Shown: one piece after another, positions 53,997 to 63,320 of the stretch | Layout of the letters: each line of letters begins with the position of its first letter | Numbering within the stretch: position 1 is the stretch's first letter | From: an uncultured bacterium | Lineage (GTDB): Bacteria > Acidobacteriota > Thermoanaerobaculia > Multivoradales > JAHZIX01 | Assembly: GCA_965368975.1 (NCBI GenBank) | Contig: CBDUPA010000006.1 | Coordinates: 64,001 to 128,000 of the forward strand | Direction: 5' to 3' | DNA: 64,000 bases | The notes under the pieces: generated by a model | Told to the model about the DNA's origin: nothing | The model's database searches: none | The model's input: only the letters and a program-made list of their open reading frames with translations | Program-made: the position numbers and the translations under genes

Positions 53997-55546
53997 TCGG
54001 ATTGACTCCTGCGAACTTGCACGTCACCGTCCAAGATCTGGTAAAGCCCGGGCATGATGCGCATCGGTGCAGGGATCTTCTGGCACAGGTTGAGGATGCG
54101 TTGCAACGTGAGCGGGGAGGCGTCGGCGATGGTGACGATCACATGGTCGATGCCCAGGGCGGTACCGAGCTTTGGCAGTTCACCGATGGTGCCGAGCACA
54201 CGAATGCCTCGAATCATCGTCCCCTGCTTGGCCGGGTCGTCGTCCAGGAAGCCCTTGATCGAGAGCAGGCGATCGGGTCTCCCCTGGATCTCCTGCGCTG
54301 CCAGAGCCCCCGCGCGGCCGGCACCGATCAGCAGAACCCCGGTTGGCCTGGCTCGCTGGTCGCTGCGCAGCATGGCCCGGCGTTGGCGCTCGCTGCGCTC
54401 GTACTGCATGCGGCGGCCGACGCGCAGTGCCAGCAGGCCGCCGAAGGCGAGCAGAGCGTCGAGCACGATCACGGAACGCGGCACGCGCCAGTTCTGCAGC
54501 GACTCCGGCAGCAGCCACCAGCTGGCCAGCAGGATGACGGTACAAGCCAGGCCGGCGCGGGCGAAGGCCTGGATGTCAGTGAGACTGATATACCGCCAGA
54601 CGAACTGATGGATACCCAGCAGCAGATAAAGAGCCAGCTGCAGTACCAGTACGTACGGCAGCTGCCGTAGCAGATTGTCCCACTCGTGCGCGGGGGGCGC
54701 GAAGTCGAAGCGCAGCAGATAGGCGAGCAGGAAGGCGCCAGCCAGCACGGCCAAGTCGAGCAGGTACTGCAACTGGCGCAGGTGGCGTTGGAACCACGTG
54801 CCAACGGGGATAGCTCCGCTGGGAGCAGCTTCTTCCTGCCCCCAGAGCTTCTCGACCTCGTCGGTGGTCGGTGGCGGATTGCGTCCCGGGATCAGGATGC
54901 CGAGAAAGGTGTCCCAGAGTACCTGCAGGTCGCTCCACATCGTGCGGCGTCGCAGGTAATTGCGGTAGCCACGCAGTTTGAATGGCAGCAGGGTCGAGCG
55001 GTAGAAGGCGTCGGTATCGCCCTCCAGGGCACCGAGCATCTCTTCCTCGTTGCGCAGGCGCAGTGTTACCGGATCGGTGAGGCCGGGCCGGGCGGCCAAC
55101 ACGTCGCGCCACAGGGGATTGTCCATGTCGACATAGCGCGGTACCTCCGGCCGTGGCCCGACCAGTGCCATGTCGCCCTTGAGCACGTTCCACAGCTCCG
55201 GTAGCTCGTCCAGCTTGAGCTTGCGCAGCACCTTGCCAATCCCTGTCACACGCGGATCGCCGCTGGCGGTCAGGGCCGGGTCGCTGTCGTCCACGGTTGT
55301 ATCCCGAGTGACCATGGAGCGGAACTTGTAGAAAGTGAAGCCGCGACCGTCGCGGCCGATGCGCTGCTGGCGGAAGAGCACCGGTCCGGGCGAAGTCGCG
55401 GCTACGAGCACGGCGAGCAGCAGCAGCAAGGGCGTCAATACCACCAGTGCCGCGGCGGCGAGGACGGCATCGATCCAGCGTGGCAGCCCGGGATTGGGGG
55501 CCTGCCGAGGTGGAGCCGATGTAGGGTTGGACCTGGAAGCACTCAC
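53993..55546 (-). CDS. Phosphoglycosyltransferase (Bac_transf) fused to a 4-TM + Rossmann-like region resembling the CapD/PglF N-terminus
   Basis: KFRSM, DPRVT.IG..LR..KLDELP.LWNVLKGDM.LVGPRPE; then AYLLRFDF, WRY.S..D, PRSV, IGAG.AG, GFLDDDP.K.G. Confidence 0.85.
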   Translation of the reverse strand: MSASRSNPTSAPPRQAPNPGLPRWIDAVLAAAALVVLTPLLLLLAVLVAATSPGPVLFRQQRIGRDGRGFTFYKFRSMVTRDTTVDDSDPALTASGDPRVTGIGKVLRKLKLDELPELWNVLKGDMALVGPRPEVPRYVDMDNPLWRDVLAARPGLTDPVTLRLRNEEEMLGALEGDTDAFYRSTLLPFKLRGYRNYLRRRTMWSDLQVLWDTFLGILIPGRNPPPTTDEVEKLWGQEEAAPSGAIPVGTWFQRHLRQLQYLLDLAVLAGAFLLAYLLRFDFAPPAHEWDNLLRQLPYVLVLQLALYLLLGIHQFVWRYISLTDIQAFARAGLACTVILLASWWLLPESLQNWRVPRSVIVLDALLAFGGLLALRVGRRMQYERSERQRRAMLRSDQRARPTGVLLIGAGRAGALAAQEIQGRPDRLLSIKGFLDDDPAKQGTMIRGIRVLGTIGELPKLGTALGIDHVIVTIADASPLTLQRILNLCQKIPAPMRIMPGLYQILDGDVQVRRSQSE

Positions 55547-55575
55547 ACGCTTAGCCTATCTCCTCGACCGTGCCG

Positions 55576-56823
55576 TCATGGTGCCGTGCCCGGGCGTTGG
55601 TCGCGGCTGTAGTCTCTGCAGAGACGGCGCAGGGTCGTGACGACATGGTCCAGTTCAGCGTCGGTCATGGTGGGGAAGAGTGGCAGGGTGACCAGGCGCT
55701 GCCAGACGCCCGAGGCTTGCGGCAGCAGGTCTTCCCGCCAGCCCAGGGTCTCCTGGTAGTACGGATGACACTGCAATGGACGCCAGTGCACCGAGTAGCC
55801 GACGCCGGCCTTGCGCAGCTCCTGGAGGAAGGTATTGCGGTCGATGCGCAGGCGGTCCAGCCGCAAGCGAACGACGAAGAGGTGCCAGGCGTGCAGCCGG
55901 TTCGGCACCACTGGCGGCAGCTCCAGTTCCTCGACGTCTGCCAGGCGCTGCAAGTAGCCGTGGGCCAGCCGCTCGCGGTCCTGACGCATCGACTCTGCGC
56001 GCGCCAGCTGGTGGATGCCGATGGCGGCGGCGATGTCGGTCAAGTTGTACTTGAAGCCAGGGGCGACGATGCGGTAGTCCCAGCTGCCGGCGGCGCTGAA
56101 GCGGCCCCAGGCGTCCGACGACAGGCCGTGCAGCGACAGGGGCCGCATGCGCTCCAGCAGCTCCTCGGAGTCGGTGGTCGCCATGCCACCTTCGCCGGTG
56201 GTGATGCATTTGTTGGCGTAGAAAGAGAAGCACGAGACCGCGCCGCTGCCCTCGCCACAGCGCTGCCAGGCATCTTGCTCGGACGCGCGCCAGGCCGCCG
56301 GGAAGGCGTGCGCCGCATCCTCGACGATCCACAGACCATGGCGGTCGGCGAACTCGCGCAAGCGTGCCAGGTCGAGCATCAGGCCGCCCACATGTACCGG
56401 AATGATGCCGACCGCCCGCGTTCCCGGCGTGACCGGCAACTCACCGCGAGCCAGCTGCTGGAGCTTGCGTTCGGCGTCGTCGAAGTCGAGGTTGAGGGTT
56501 ACCGGATCGCAGTCCACCAGGATCGCCTCGGCACCCTGGTAGCGCAGCACCTCGGCCGTCGCCGCCATGGTCATGGCCGGTACCAGCACCGCTTGGCCGG
56601 GCTGCAGTCCGAGGGCGACAACGCCCAGGTGTAGCGCCGCGGTACAGGAGTTGAGCGCCAGCGCGTGGCGCGCGCCAACGGCTTCGGCGAACTCCTCCTC
56701 GAAGCGTTTGACGCGGGGGCCGGTGGTCAGCCAGCCGGACTCCAGCGTCGCCACCACTTCATCGATCTCGGGTTGGCGTACGTCGGGCCGGAAGAAGGGG
56801 ACCTGTATCTCAGGGGTAGGCAT
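55576..56823 (-). CDS. DegT/DnrJ/EryC1/StrS sugar aminotransferase
   Basis: SGWLTTGP, NSCTAALH, VEDAAHA, FSFYANK.ITTGEGG; start ATG 56823. Confidence 0.95.
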   Translation of the reverse strand: MPTPEIQVPFFRPDVRQPEIDEVVATLESGWLTTGPRVKRFEEEFAEAVGARHALALNSCTAALHLGVVALGLQPGQAVLVPAMTMAATAEVLRYQGAEAILVDCDPVTLNLDFDDAERKLQQLARGELPVTPGTRAVGIIPVHVGGLMLDLARLREFADRHGLWIVEDAAHAFPAAWRASEQDAWQRCGEGSGAVSCFSFYANKCITTGEGGMATTDSEELLERMRPLSLHGLSSDAWGRFSAAGSWDYRIVAPGFKYNLTDIAAAIGIHQLARAESMRQDRERLAHGYLQRLADVEELELPPVVPNRLHAWHLFVVRLRLDRLRIDRNTFLQELRKAGVGYSVHWRPLQCHPYYQETLGWREDLLPQASGVWQRLVTLPLFPTMTDAELDHVVTTLRRLCRDYSRDQRPGTAP

Positions 56824-56908
56824 TCTGGTGTGGGCACTCTTGGTTGAGGCTCGAGGGCGGATCGGGAGTACGCTTCGAACCTCTGGTTTGCATCTTCCGG
56901 CGTCAAGT

Positions 56909-58072
56909 TCACGGCAACCAATGGCGCAGTTGCTGCCGCACGTGCCGCCACCGCCGCCGAGGCCACCACGTCTCCTCGGGTGTCTGGATCTCGACGATTC
57001 CGGGATGCGCCCACAGCTGCCGTGGCAGAGTTCTCCAACCCGCGCGGCTGGGCCGGAGCGCCAGCAAGCGGGAGCGGACGATCTGTGCGGTGCTGAGGTC
57101 GCCGAGGGCACTGCCGGTGGCGTTACGCTCAGGATAGACCCTACGCGCCAGGAGCCGTTCCGGCCAGCGTAGATGACCGGAGAGAGTATCAGCGATAGTG
57201 CGATTTGTCGCGTCAGAGGGCCATAGCACTGCGGTCTGAGCTGCCGCCAGCAAGGCTGGCAGCTGCAGGCCCCACGCTTCGATCAGGGGCTGCACATCGT
57301 TCTCCAGCTCGAGACCCTCGTCGCGTGCTGCCGCGCTGAGGCGCCGCAGCTCCCACCAGGCGCGCAGCGGTCGCGGGGGCGGATCGAGCCACACGTGGGC
57401 AGCGGCGATCACCCAAGCAGCGGCAAGCGTCACCCGTCTGCCACCGGCCCCGAGAGTCGGATCGTCGACCGCCGTGTCGAGCACGTCACGACCGGCACGC
57501 TCCGGGAGCAGCCCCCAGAGGCGAAAATGGATCTCCAGCAGGATGCCGCTTTGGGGGCCGAGTGTCAGGGAGTCGGCATAGCCTTCGTCACGCAGGTAGG
57601 CGGCGTAGCGCTGGCCGGGGAAGAGATTCTGCCAGCCGGCGGACTGCAGTGCTTCGACGGCGTCGGTGCGGTGCTCTGGAGCGACCAGGAAATCCAGGTC
57701 GCTGGTCGGTCGCTCTTCGGCACGCCGATAGATACGCGGTCCGAGGTCGAAGCCCTTGAGGACGGTCCAGGGAATGTCCAGTCCACCCAGGGTCGACATC
57801 ACCTGTTCCGCCGCGTGTTGGAGCCGCAGCAGGTGGGCGGTGGTACCGAGCAGAGCGCGCTGCCATTCGGCCGGCGGTTCGAGGCCCGCCGCCTTGGAGC
57901 GCAGGGCCAGCGCGGGACCCAAACGGTGCTGCTGGATTGTTTCCCAAGGCAGCTCGGTTGCCTGCTGCAGGGCGTGGTGCCGATCTTGGTCCGTGGCTTC
58001 GTCGTCCAGAGCTTTCGCCAGCACCTGTAGCTTTCGATAGGCACCGGGCACGGTCGCGGCGATGGGTGTCAA
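56909..58072 (-). CDS. Nucleotidyltransferase family protein (NTP_transf_5-like)
   Basis: LKG...Y....R..SDLDFLV, LEIH; probable TTG start overlapping upstream stop. Confidence 0.8.
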   Translation of the reverse strand: MTPIAATVPGAYRKLQVLAKALDDEATDQDRHHALQQATELPWETIQQHRLGPALALRSKAAGLEPPAEWQRALLGTTAHLLRLQHAAEQVMSTLGGLDIPWTVLKGFDLGPRIYRRAEERPTSDLDFLVAPEHRTDAVEALQSAGWQNLFPGQRYAAYLRDEGYADSLTLGPQSGILLEIHFRLWGLLPERAGRDVLDTAVDDPTLGAGGRRVTLAAAWVIAAAHVWLDPPPRPLRAWWELRRLSAAARDEGLELENDVQPLIEAWGLQLPALLAAAQTAVLWPSDATNRTIADTLSGHLRWPERLLARRVYPERNATGSALGDLSTAQIVRSRLLALRPSRAGWRTLPRQLWAHPGIVEIQTPEETWWPRRRWRHVRQQLRHWLP

Positions 58073-58803
58073 GCTGAAGTTCCCGCCTCGACGTCTGGCT
58101 TGACCAGAACTGCCAGCAGATGTGTGCGCAACCACGGCACGGCCGCTTCCAGGGTCGAAGCCAGCCAGGGACTCCACGGTGCGATACGACGCAGCAACGG
58201 TGGTGCCAGGGTGATGCGACGCGTGTCTCCGTGCAAGCCGGGAAACAGGTTCCGTAGCTCGCTCCGATCAACCCGCCGTACCGCGCGATTCCCGGGATTA
58301 TTGAAGGCGAAGTCGTACCACAGCAGGGCCCCACTCGGTGCCAGCACGCGCTCGATCTCGCCGGCCAGCCGGCGGCGTACCGCGTCGTCCAGGATCGAGG
58401 TGAACACCGTCGAGACGACCACCAGCTGGAAGGTCTCCGCCTGCCACGGCAGCTCGGCCGCGTCTCCCACACGCAGGTCCGCCGATGGCAGCCGCGCCTG
58501 TGCCACCGCCGCCCGCTCGGTGTCCAGCTCGATACCGCACAAACGAGTTTCCGGTACACCCCAGCTGATCAGCTCACCGAGCCAGCCGAGTTCGCCGTAG
58601 CCCACTTCCAGGCACAGCGAGTTTGTATCCGGGAACGCGTCGAAGCGGCGCAGCAGGCGTGCTGCCAGCCTACGCCGGCCATCGCGCATCAGTTGCTCGG
58701 CCGGATTCCAGGGTGCGTAGAGATCGGTATCGACCTCTTCGCGGCGGCGCCGGTACTCGGCGAGGACGCGCTGGGCTTCACGGTTGGGTTCCGGTTGAGG
58801 CAT
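58069..58803 (-). CDS. Class I SAM-dependent methyltransferase
   Basis: LEVGYG.LGW, GDA.ELP, FTSILD, RVL.P.G..LWYDF..NNP.N. Confidence 0.88.
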   Translation of the reverse strand: MPQPEPNREAQRVLAEYRRRREEVDTDLYAPWNPAEQLMRDGRRRLAARLLRRFDAFPDTNSLCLEVGYGELGWLGELISWGVPETRLCGIELDTERAAVAQARLPSADLRVGDAAELPWQAETFQLVVVSTVFTSILDDAVRRRLAGEIERVLAPSGALLWYDFAFNNPGNRAVRRVDRSELRNLFPGLHGDTRRITLAPPLLRRIAPWSPWLASTLEAAVPWLRTHLLAVLVKPDVEAGTSA

Positions 58804-58911
58804 TTGTAGCAGTCTTCCATACTTGCGCGGAGCCTGCATCCAAGGAGTACCGGTGGGTTACGGCGTAAGATGGTCCAATGTGGTCTGCTCGCTGTGCGGC
58901 GATGAGAGGAG

Positions 58912-59721
58912 ATGTTCGTTGAGGTACGACAAGTGAAGGCGGCGCGACATCTCGCGTATGGGCTAGTCAAGGGAATCGCGCCCGTGGCGCTTTGGCGTTT
59001 GCTGGCCTGGCGCAAGGGCTATCCGGAGCCGGAGATGCGCCTGATGCGCACGCTGGTGCGCTCTGGCACGGCGGTGATCGATGTTGGGGCCTCGGGAGGG
59101 CAGTATGCGCTCCACCTGGCGGCACTGGGTGTCGCGAGCCTGCTCTTCGAGCCGCGCGCAGCAGCAGCAGCCGAGCTGCGCCGACGCTTTCTCGGCGGTG
59201 CTTGGCTGCACCGGTGCGTGGGGTCGGCCCCGTACATCCGCATCGAGCAAGTCGCCCTCTCCGAGCAGCCGGGAACGGCGACCTTGAGGCTGTTGCCCTC
59301 TGACGTCGGGCGAAGCACCTTGGAGGCGGGTAATCCGATCGAGCAGCGCGGGCAGGTCGAGAGCGTCGAGGTGCCGGTGCGCCGCCTGGACGACTACCTC
59401 GACAGCGAACCGTTGTGCTCGCGGCCGGTGAGCTTCATCAAGGTCGATGTCGAAGGCCACGAAGTGAGCGTGCTGCGTGGTGCGCTCGGCTTGTTGCAGC
59501 GGGATCGACCGTCACTGCTGGTCGAGGTGGAAGAGGAGCATCGGAGTGGTTCTCTGGCCGAGGTGCGGGATCTGCTCGCGGGTCTCGGCTACCGGGGGTC
59601 GTTTCTCTGGCAGGGTGAGTCCCTGCCGCTGGATGCCTTCGATTCTGCGATCCACGCGGTGCCGAACACCGGTCGGCGGGATGCCTACGTCAACAATTTC
59701 CTCTTTCAGCAGGTCGACTGA
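58912..59721 (+). CDS. FkbM family methyltransferase
   Basis: IDVGASGG, FEP, VALS, RRLDD, FIKVDVEGHE..VL.GA. Confidence 0.92.
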   Translation: MFVEVRQVKAARHLAYGLVKGIAPVALWRLLAWRKGYPEPEMRLMRTLVRSGTAVIDVGASGGQYALHLAALGVASLLFEPRAAAAAELRRRFLGGAWLHRCVGSAPYIRIEQVALSEQPGTATLRLLPSDVGRSTLEAGNPIEQRGQVESVEVPVRRLDDYLDSEPLCSRPVSFIKVDVEGHEVSVLRGALGLLQRDRPSLLVEVEEEHRSGSLAEVRDLLAGLGYRGSFLWQGESLPLDAFDSAIHAVPNTGRRDAYVNNFLFQQVD

Positions 59722-59747
59722 GTTAGTGTGGTGAAATACCGCTGGGT

Positions 59748-59784
59748 ATGGTGCCGCTACAGTGGTGCCGCTACAGTGGTGCCG
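59748..59784. repeat. 14-bp tandem repeat spanning the GT2 stop codon
   Basis: tggtgccgctacag repeated about 2.6 times. Confidence 0.85.
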
Positions 59785-60853
59785 GAACCTGCCCCGCTCG
59801 GTCGCCCCAGCGATGGGCGAAGCGCACCAGCCCGACCAGGAAGCCACTGCCGTAGCCGAGATGCAGACAGGCGAAGGCCAGGGGTAGGCGCAGTAGGCCC
59901 GAGACGGGCAAGCTGGCGCGGCGCAGGGTCCACAGGGACGCGCCGAGGTTGGCGAGCAGGTAGGCGCCAGCAGCGAAGGCGAAGAGCACGGTGCCGGTCG
60001 TGCCGAGCCAGGCAGGAGCCTGCACGACCAGGGACGACAGCGCCAACATCGCCGTGAGCAACAGGCCACCGACGAAGAGAGGGGGCACGAACTGACGTGG
60101 CTGCATCTGGCGTGGATGCTTTTGCAACACGCGCACCTTCCAGAAGCCGTACTGGAAATACTGACGCCACAGGCGCCGCAGCGTCGAGCGGCTGGTATAG
60201 GTCGAGCGCAGGCGCGGCGACAGCAGCACCTGGCCGCCACGGGAGCGCAGGCGGTAGTTGTACTCGTCGTCCTGATTGCGCACCAGCTCTTCATCGTACA
60301 GGCCCGCGCGCTCCAGCGCTCCGCGGGTGTAGACGGGGAAGGCGACGGTGTCGACCCAGCGAGGTTCGTCGACGCCGACACGGAAGGCCGAGCCGCCGAC
60401 GCCGAAGGGCGAACTCATGGCGGCAGCGATGACACGCGCGGTGTCGGTCTCGGCAACCGTGTCGATCGGGCCGCCGATGCCGTCCGCCGGGGTGCCCTGG
60501 CCGCGACAGCGCTCCAACTCTTCGACGGCGGCACGCAAGTAGCCGCAGGCCAGCTCGCAATGCCCGTCGACGCGCGCGATCAACTCGCCTTGCGCCTGCG
60601 GGATCGCCAGATTGAGGCCGGTGGGGACGATGCGCCCCGGGTTGTCCAGCAACTCGACAGAGATCGCGGGATGCTGGCTTGCGAGAGTGCGGACGCGCTC
60701 GCGCGTGTCGTCGTCACTCTGCCCGTCGATGACTAGCACGTCGAGTTTGTCAGCGGGGTAGTCCTGGGCCAGCACCGAGCCGAGGCTGCGCTCGATGAAG
60801 CGACCCTCGTTGCGGATCGGCATCACGACGGTGATAGAAGGCAGCTCGCTCAC
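59771..60853 (-). CDS. Glycosyltransferase family 2 (ExoA-like)
   Basis: VVMPIRNE, DGQSDD.T, RVDGH, RNQDDE.NYR, QYFQYG.WK, C-terminal TM helices; GTG start. Confidence 0.92.
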   Translation of the reverse strand: MSELPSITVVMPIRNEGRFIERSLGSVLAQDYPADKLDVLVIDGQSDDDTRERVRTLASQHPAISVELLDNPGRIVPTGLNLAIPQAQGELIARVDGHCELACGYLRAAVEELERCRGQGTPADGIGGPIDTVAETDTARVIAAAMSSPFGVGGSAFRVGVDEPRWVDTVAFPVYTRGALERAGLYDEELVRNQDDEYNYRLRSRGGQVLLSPRLRSTYTSRSTLRRLWRQYFQYGFWKVRVLQKHPRQMQPRQFVPPLFVGGLLLTAMLALSSLVVQAPAWLGTTGTVLFAFAAGAYLLANLGASLWTLRRASLPVSGLLRLPLAFACLHLGYGSGFLVGLVRFAHRWGDRAGQVPAPL

Positions 60854-62229
60854 GCCTCCTCTCCTGGAGGAGGATAGGGGATGTAGTCGCGCAGCTTGGC
60901 GCTGGCGATCGCAGGCATGTGGTCGAAGAAGCGCAGGTCGAGGGGCAGGTCCGGACCCAGGGCCCGGTGCGTCTCCCGTTCGATGAAGCGGCGGTGTTTG
61001 TCCTCGAAAGCCTCCGAAACCGTGAGCCACAACTCCAGCCGCTTGTCGGCAGTCTCGACGAAGACGCAGCGCCGTACCGAGCCGAGCGGATGAAAGGTGC
61101 GCGTCAGGTTGTTGATCGCGTTGGGGTTGATCCGGCGTCCGTTGGGCAGCAGATGGGGCTCGCTGACCCTGCCGGTGATGGCCTCGAGAAGCGGATGCGC
61201 CAGGCCACAGGCACAGCTGCGCCGGCTCAGTCGCGCCTTGTCGTTGATCACGTAGCGGATCAGCGGCATGGTGCGCAGCATCAGGTCGGTAACCAGGATC
61301 TCCCCCGCTGGATCGCCGGTTTCAGGATCCGTGGCGTCGGGCTCGCGCAGCTCGACGGCGGTGGCTTCCAGCGTCAGGTGCAAGCTACCGGCCGGGCATT
61401 CCCAGGCATTGAGGCCGCCCTCAGCGCTGCCGTAGAGATTGCAGCAGGGCACGCCCGTCACTTCCGTGATCACCTCGCGCTGGTGCGGGAAGAAGGGCTC
61501 GCTACTGATGAACATGGCTTTGAGTGGCAACTCGCGCAGATCGTACCCATGCTCGCGGCACAGCATGCAGAACTCATAGACCGCCGACGCATAGCCCATC
61601 AGGAACACCGGCTTGCGACGTCGCAGGCGCTGCACGTGACGCTCCAACATGTCGGGTCCGAGTTCGAAGGCGGAGACTCGACTGCGATTCATCACCCAAT
61701 CCTTGAGCCGAACCTTCCACTTCGCCAGCCGGTGCCAGGGAGAGCCGAACAGGTAACCGTAGGGTTCGCCCAACTGGACGCCGTAGGCTTCCATCGCCCG
61801 GAACATCAGCGCATGACGGTAGGCCCAGGCGCGCTGATCGCACGGAAAGAGCAACGGCTCGCCGGAAGTGCCTGACGTCTTGTCGAGATAGCTCGGCAGT
61901 GGCCCGACACCCTGGGCGCTGACTCGCTCGGGTGTGGCCTGCACGGTGCTGCGTTCGAGTGGCGGAATCTCGCGCACCAGCTCCCGTAGTTGGTCGGGAT
62001 CACGGACCTCTCGCAGACGTTCGCGCACCGGCGCCAGGACTTCCTGGAAGTGCGGGACGTAGCGGGCCGCGAACAAGAGCTGCTCGCGCCGCCGGCGCAT
62101 CTGCAGCTCGTACAGCTGGTCCGCGGAGAAACGCTCGGTGCGTCGCACGTCCGTCAGAGCTTCGCCGACCGGTTCGCGGCGCAGCAACTGCAAGCCCAGA
62201 TAGAGGCGGTAGGCAACGCGCGGGTTCAT
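60850..62229 (-). CDS. CapK/phenylacetate-CoA-ligase-like adenylate-forming enzyme
   Basis: TSGTSGEP, YGSAE, GEILVTDL..MPLIRY..D, C.CG, GR. Confidence 0.88.
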   Translation of the reverse strand: MNPRVAYRLYLGLQLLRREPVGEALTDVRRTERFSADQLYELQMRRRREQLLFAARYVPHFQEVLAPVRERLREVRDPDQLRELVREIPPLERSTVQATPERVSAQGVGPLPSYLDKTSGTSGEPLLFPCDQRAWAYRHALMFRAMEAYGVQLGEPYGYLFGSPWHRLAKWKVRLKDWVMNRSRVSAFELGPDMLERHVQRLRRRKPVFLMGYASAVYEFCMLCREHGYDLRELPLKAMFISSEPFFPHQREVITEVTGVPCCNLYGSAEGGLNAWECPAGSLHLTLEATAVELREPDATDPETGDPAGEILVTDLMLRTMPLIRYVINDKARLSRRSCACGLAHPLLEAITGRVSEPHLLPNGRRINPNAINNLTRTFHPLGSVRRCVFVETADKRLELWLTVSEAFEDKHRRFIERETHRALGPDLPLDLRFFDHMPAIASAKLRDYIPYPPPGEEA

Positions 62230-63320
62230 TCGCGCCGTTCCTGCCCTGGCTGCACGCCGAGTCCGTCGAAGGTAGCTTGCCAGGTGCTCTGGACGCCGGG
62301 CCAGGCACAGCGCTCGGCGACGTCGCGGCCGGCCCGAGACAGCTGCTGCGCCAGCTCGGGTTCACGCACCAAGCGCAGTACCGCCGAGGCCATGGCTTCG
62401 ACATCGCCGTCCGGTACCAGTAGAGCGCTGTGGTCGTTCTGCAGCAGATAAGGGATGCCTGCGACCTCCGTGGCGACCACGGGTAGGCCGACCGCGGCCG
62501 CTTCGAGTACGCTGACCGGGGTGTTGTCGGTGTGATTGGTGTTCAGAAACACGTCGTGGACTGACATCTCTGCCTTCTTGCCGGCGAGGTCGAGGAAGCC
62601 AGGAAAACGTACCACGCCTCCCAATCCAAGCTGTGCCGCGAGTTCCCGGGTGGCGTCGAGTTCGCCCTTGTCTTGGCCAGCCATGGTCAGCAAGGTTCCA
62701 GGTTCTTCTTGGCGCACGCGCTCGAGCACTCGTACGGCCATGGCCGGATTGTAAAGTGGGTGAAAGGTGCGCATCCACATCAAGCGTGGCGGCCGCATAG
62801 AGCCGGGGGAGCGGTAGGGATAGTCCTCGAGTGGAAAGACGTTGGGGATGACCCCCACTTCGTAGCCCCAGCGACGGAACTTCTCGGCTAGATAGCCGGA
62901 CGGCGAGACGACAGCGTCAGCGCGGTCGAGCACGCGGCGCACCCAGCGTGGATGGCGGGCGGCGAACTCGGGCAGCAAACCACCGTGCAACGCCAGCACT
63001 TGTGGGATCCCCAGGCGTCGCAGCAGCCAGCTGGCGGCATCGGCGACGGCGAAGGCGCGCTGACTGAACACCAGGACGATGGCCACGTCGAGCTGACGGC
63101 GCCAGCGCAGCAGGCTGACCAGGATGTCGAGCACTCGCAGAAAAGGATTGATGCGGCTAGAAGTCAACTTTACCTGGTAGCCAGCTTCCCGGAAGCGCGC
63201 CGCCAGCACTTCACCTTGACTCACCACCCAACCCGGGTGCTGGCCGAGCATCGGCCCCACGAGTCCGATGGTCGGCAAGTTGGAGTTGCCTGCCGTCTGG
63301 CTGGAAGCTGTTTCCTTCAT
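62226..63320 (-). CDS. Glycosyltransferase family 4
   Basis: LHGG, PS.YL, IPN, DNTPVSVLEA.A.GLPVV.T.V.GIP. Confidence 0.92.
   Translation of the reverse strand: MKETASSQTAGNSNLPTIGLVGPMLGQHPGWVVSQGEVLAARFREAGYQVKLTSSRINPFLRVLDILVSLLRWRRQLDVAIVLVFSQRAFAVADAASWLLRRLGIPQVLALHGGLLPEFAARHPRWVRRVLDRADAVVSPSGYLAEKFRRWGYEVGVIPNVFPLEDYPYRSPGSMRPPRLMWMRTFHPLYNPAMAVRVLERVRQEEPGTLLTMAGQDKGELDATRELAAQLGLGGVVRFPGFLDLAGKKAEMSVHDVFLNTNHTDNTPVSVLEAAAVGLPVVATEVAGIPYLLQNDHSALLVPDGDVEAMASAVLRLVREPELAQQLSRAGRDVAERCAWPGVQSTWQATFDGLGVQPGQERRE

Noticed and set aside
53266-54027. Long N-terminal extensions in the ORF track (antiporter 639 aa; also glgA, PIG-L, DegT, GT2, YgfZ, FtsE)
   Set aside because: They overlap neighbouring genes or promoters; downstream starts fit family N-termini and stop/start coupling
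56909-58072. Lasso peptide cluster suggested by the NTP_transf_5-like gene
   Set aside because: No lasso cyclase, B protein, PqqD/RRE or precursor in the window; context is polysaccharide
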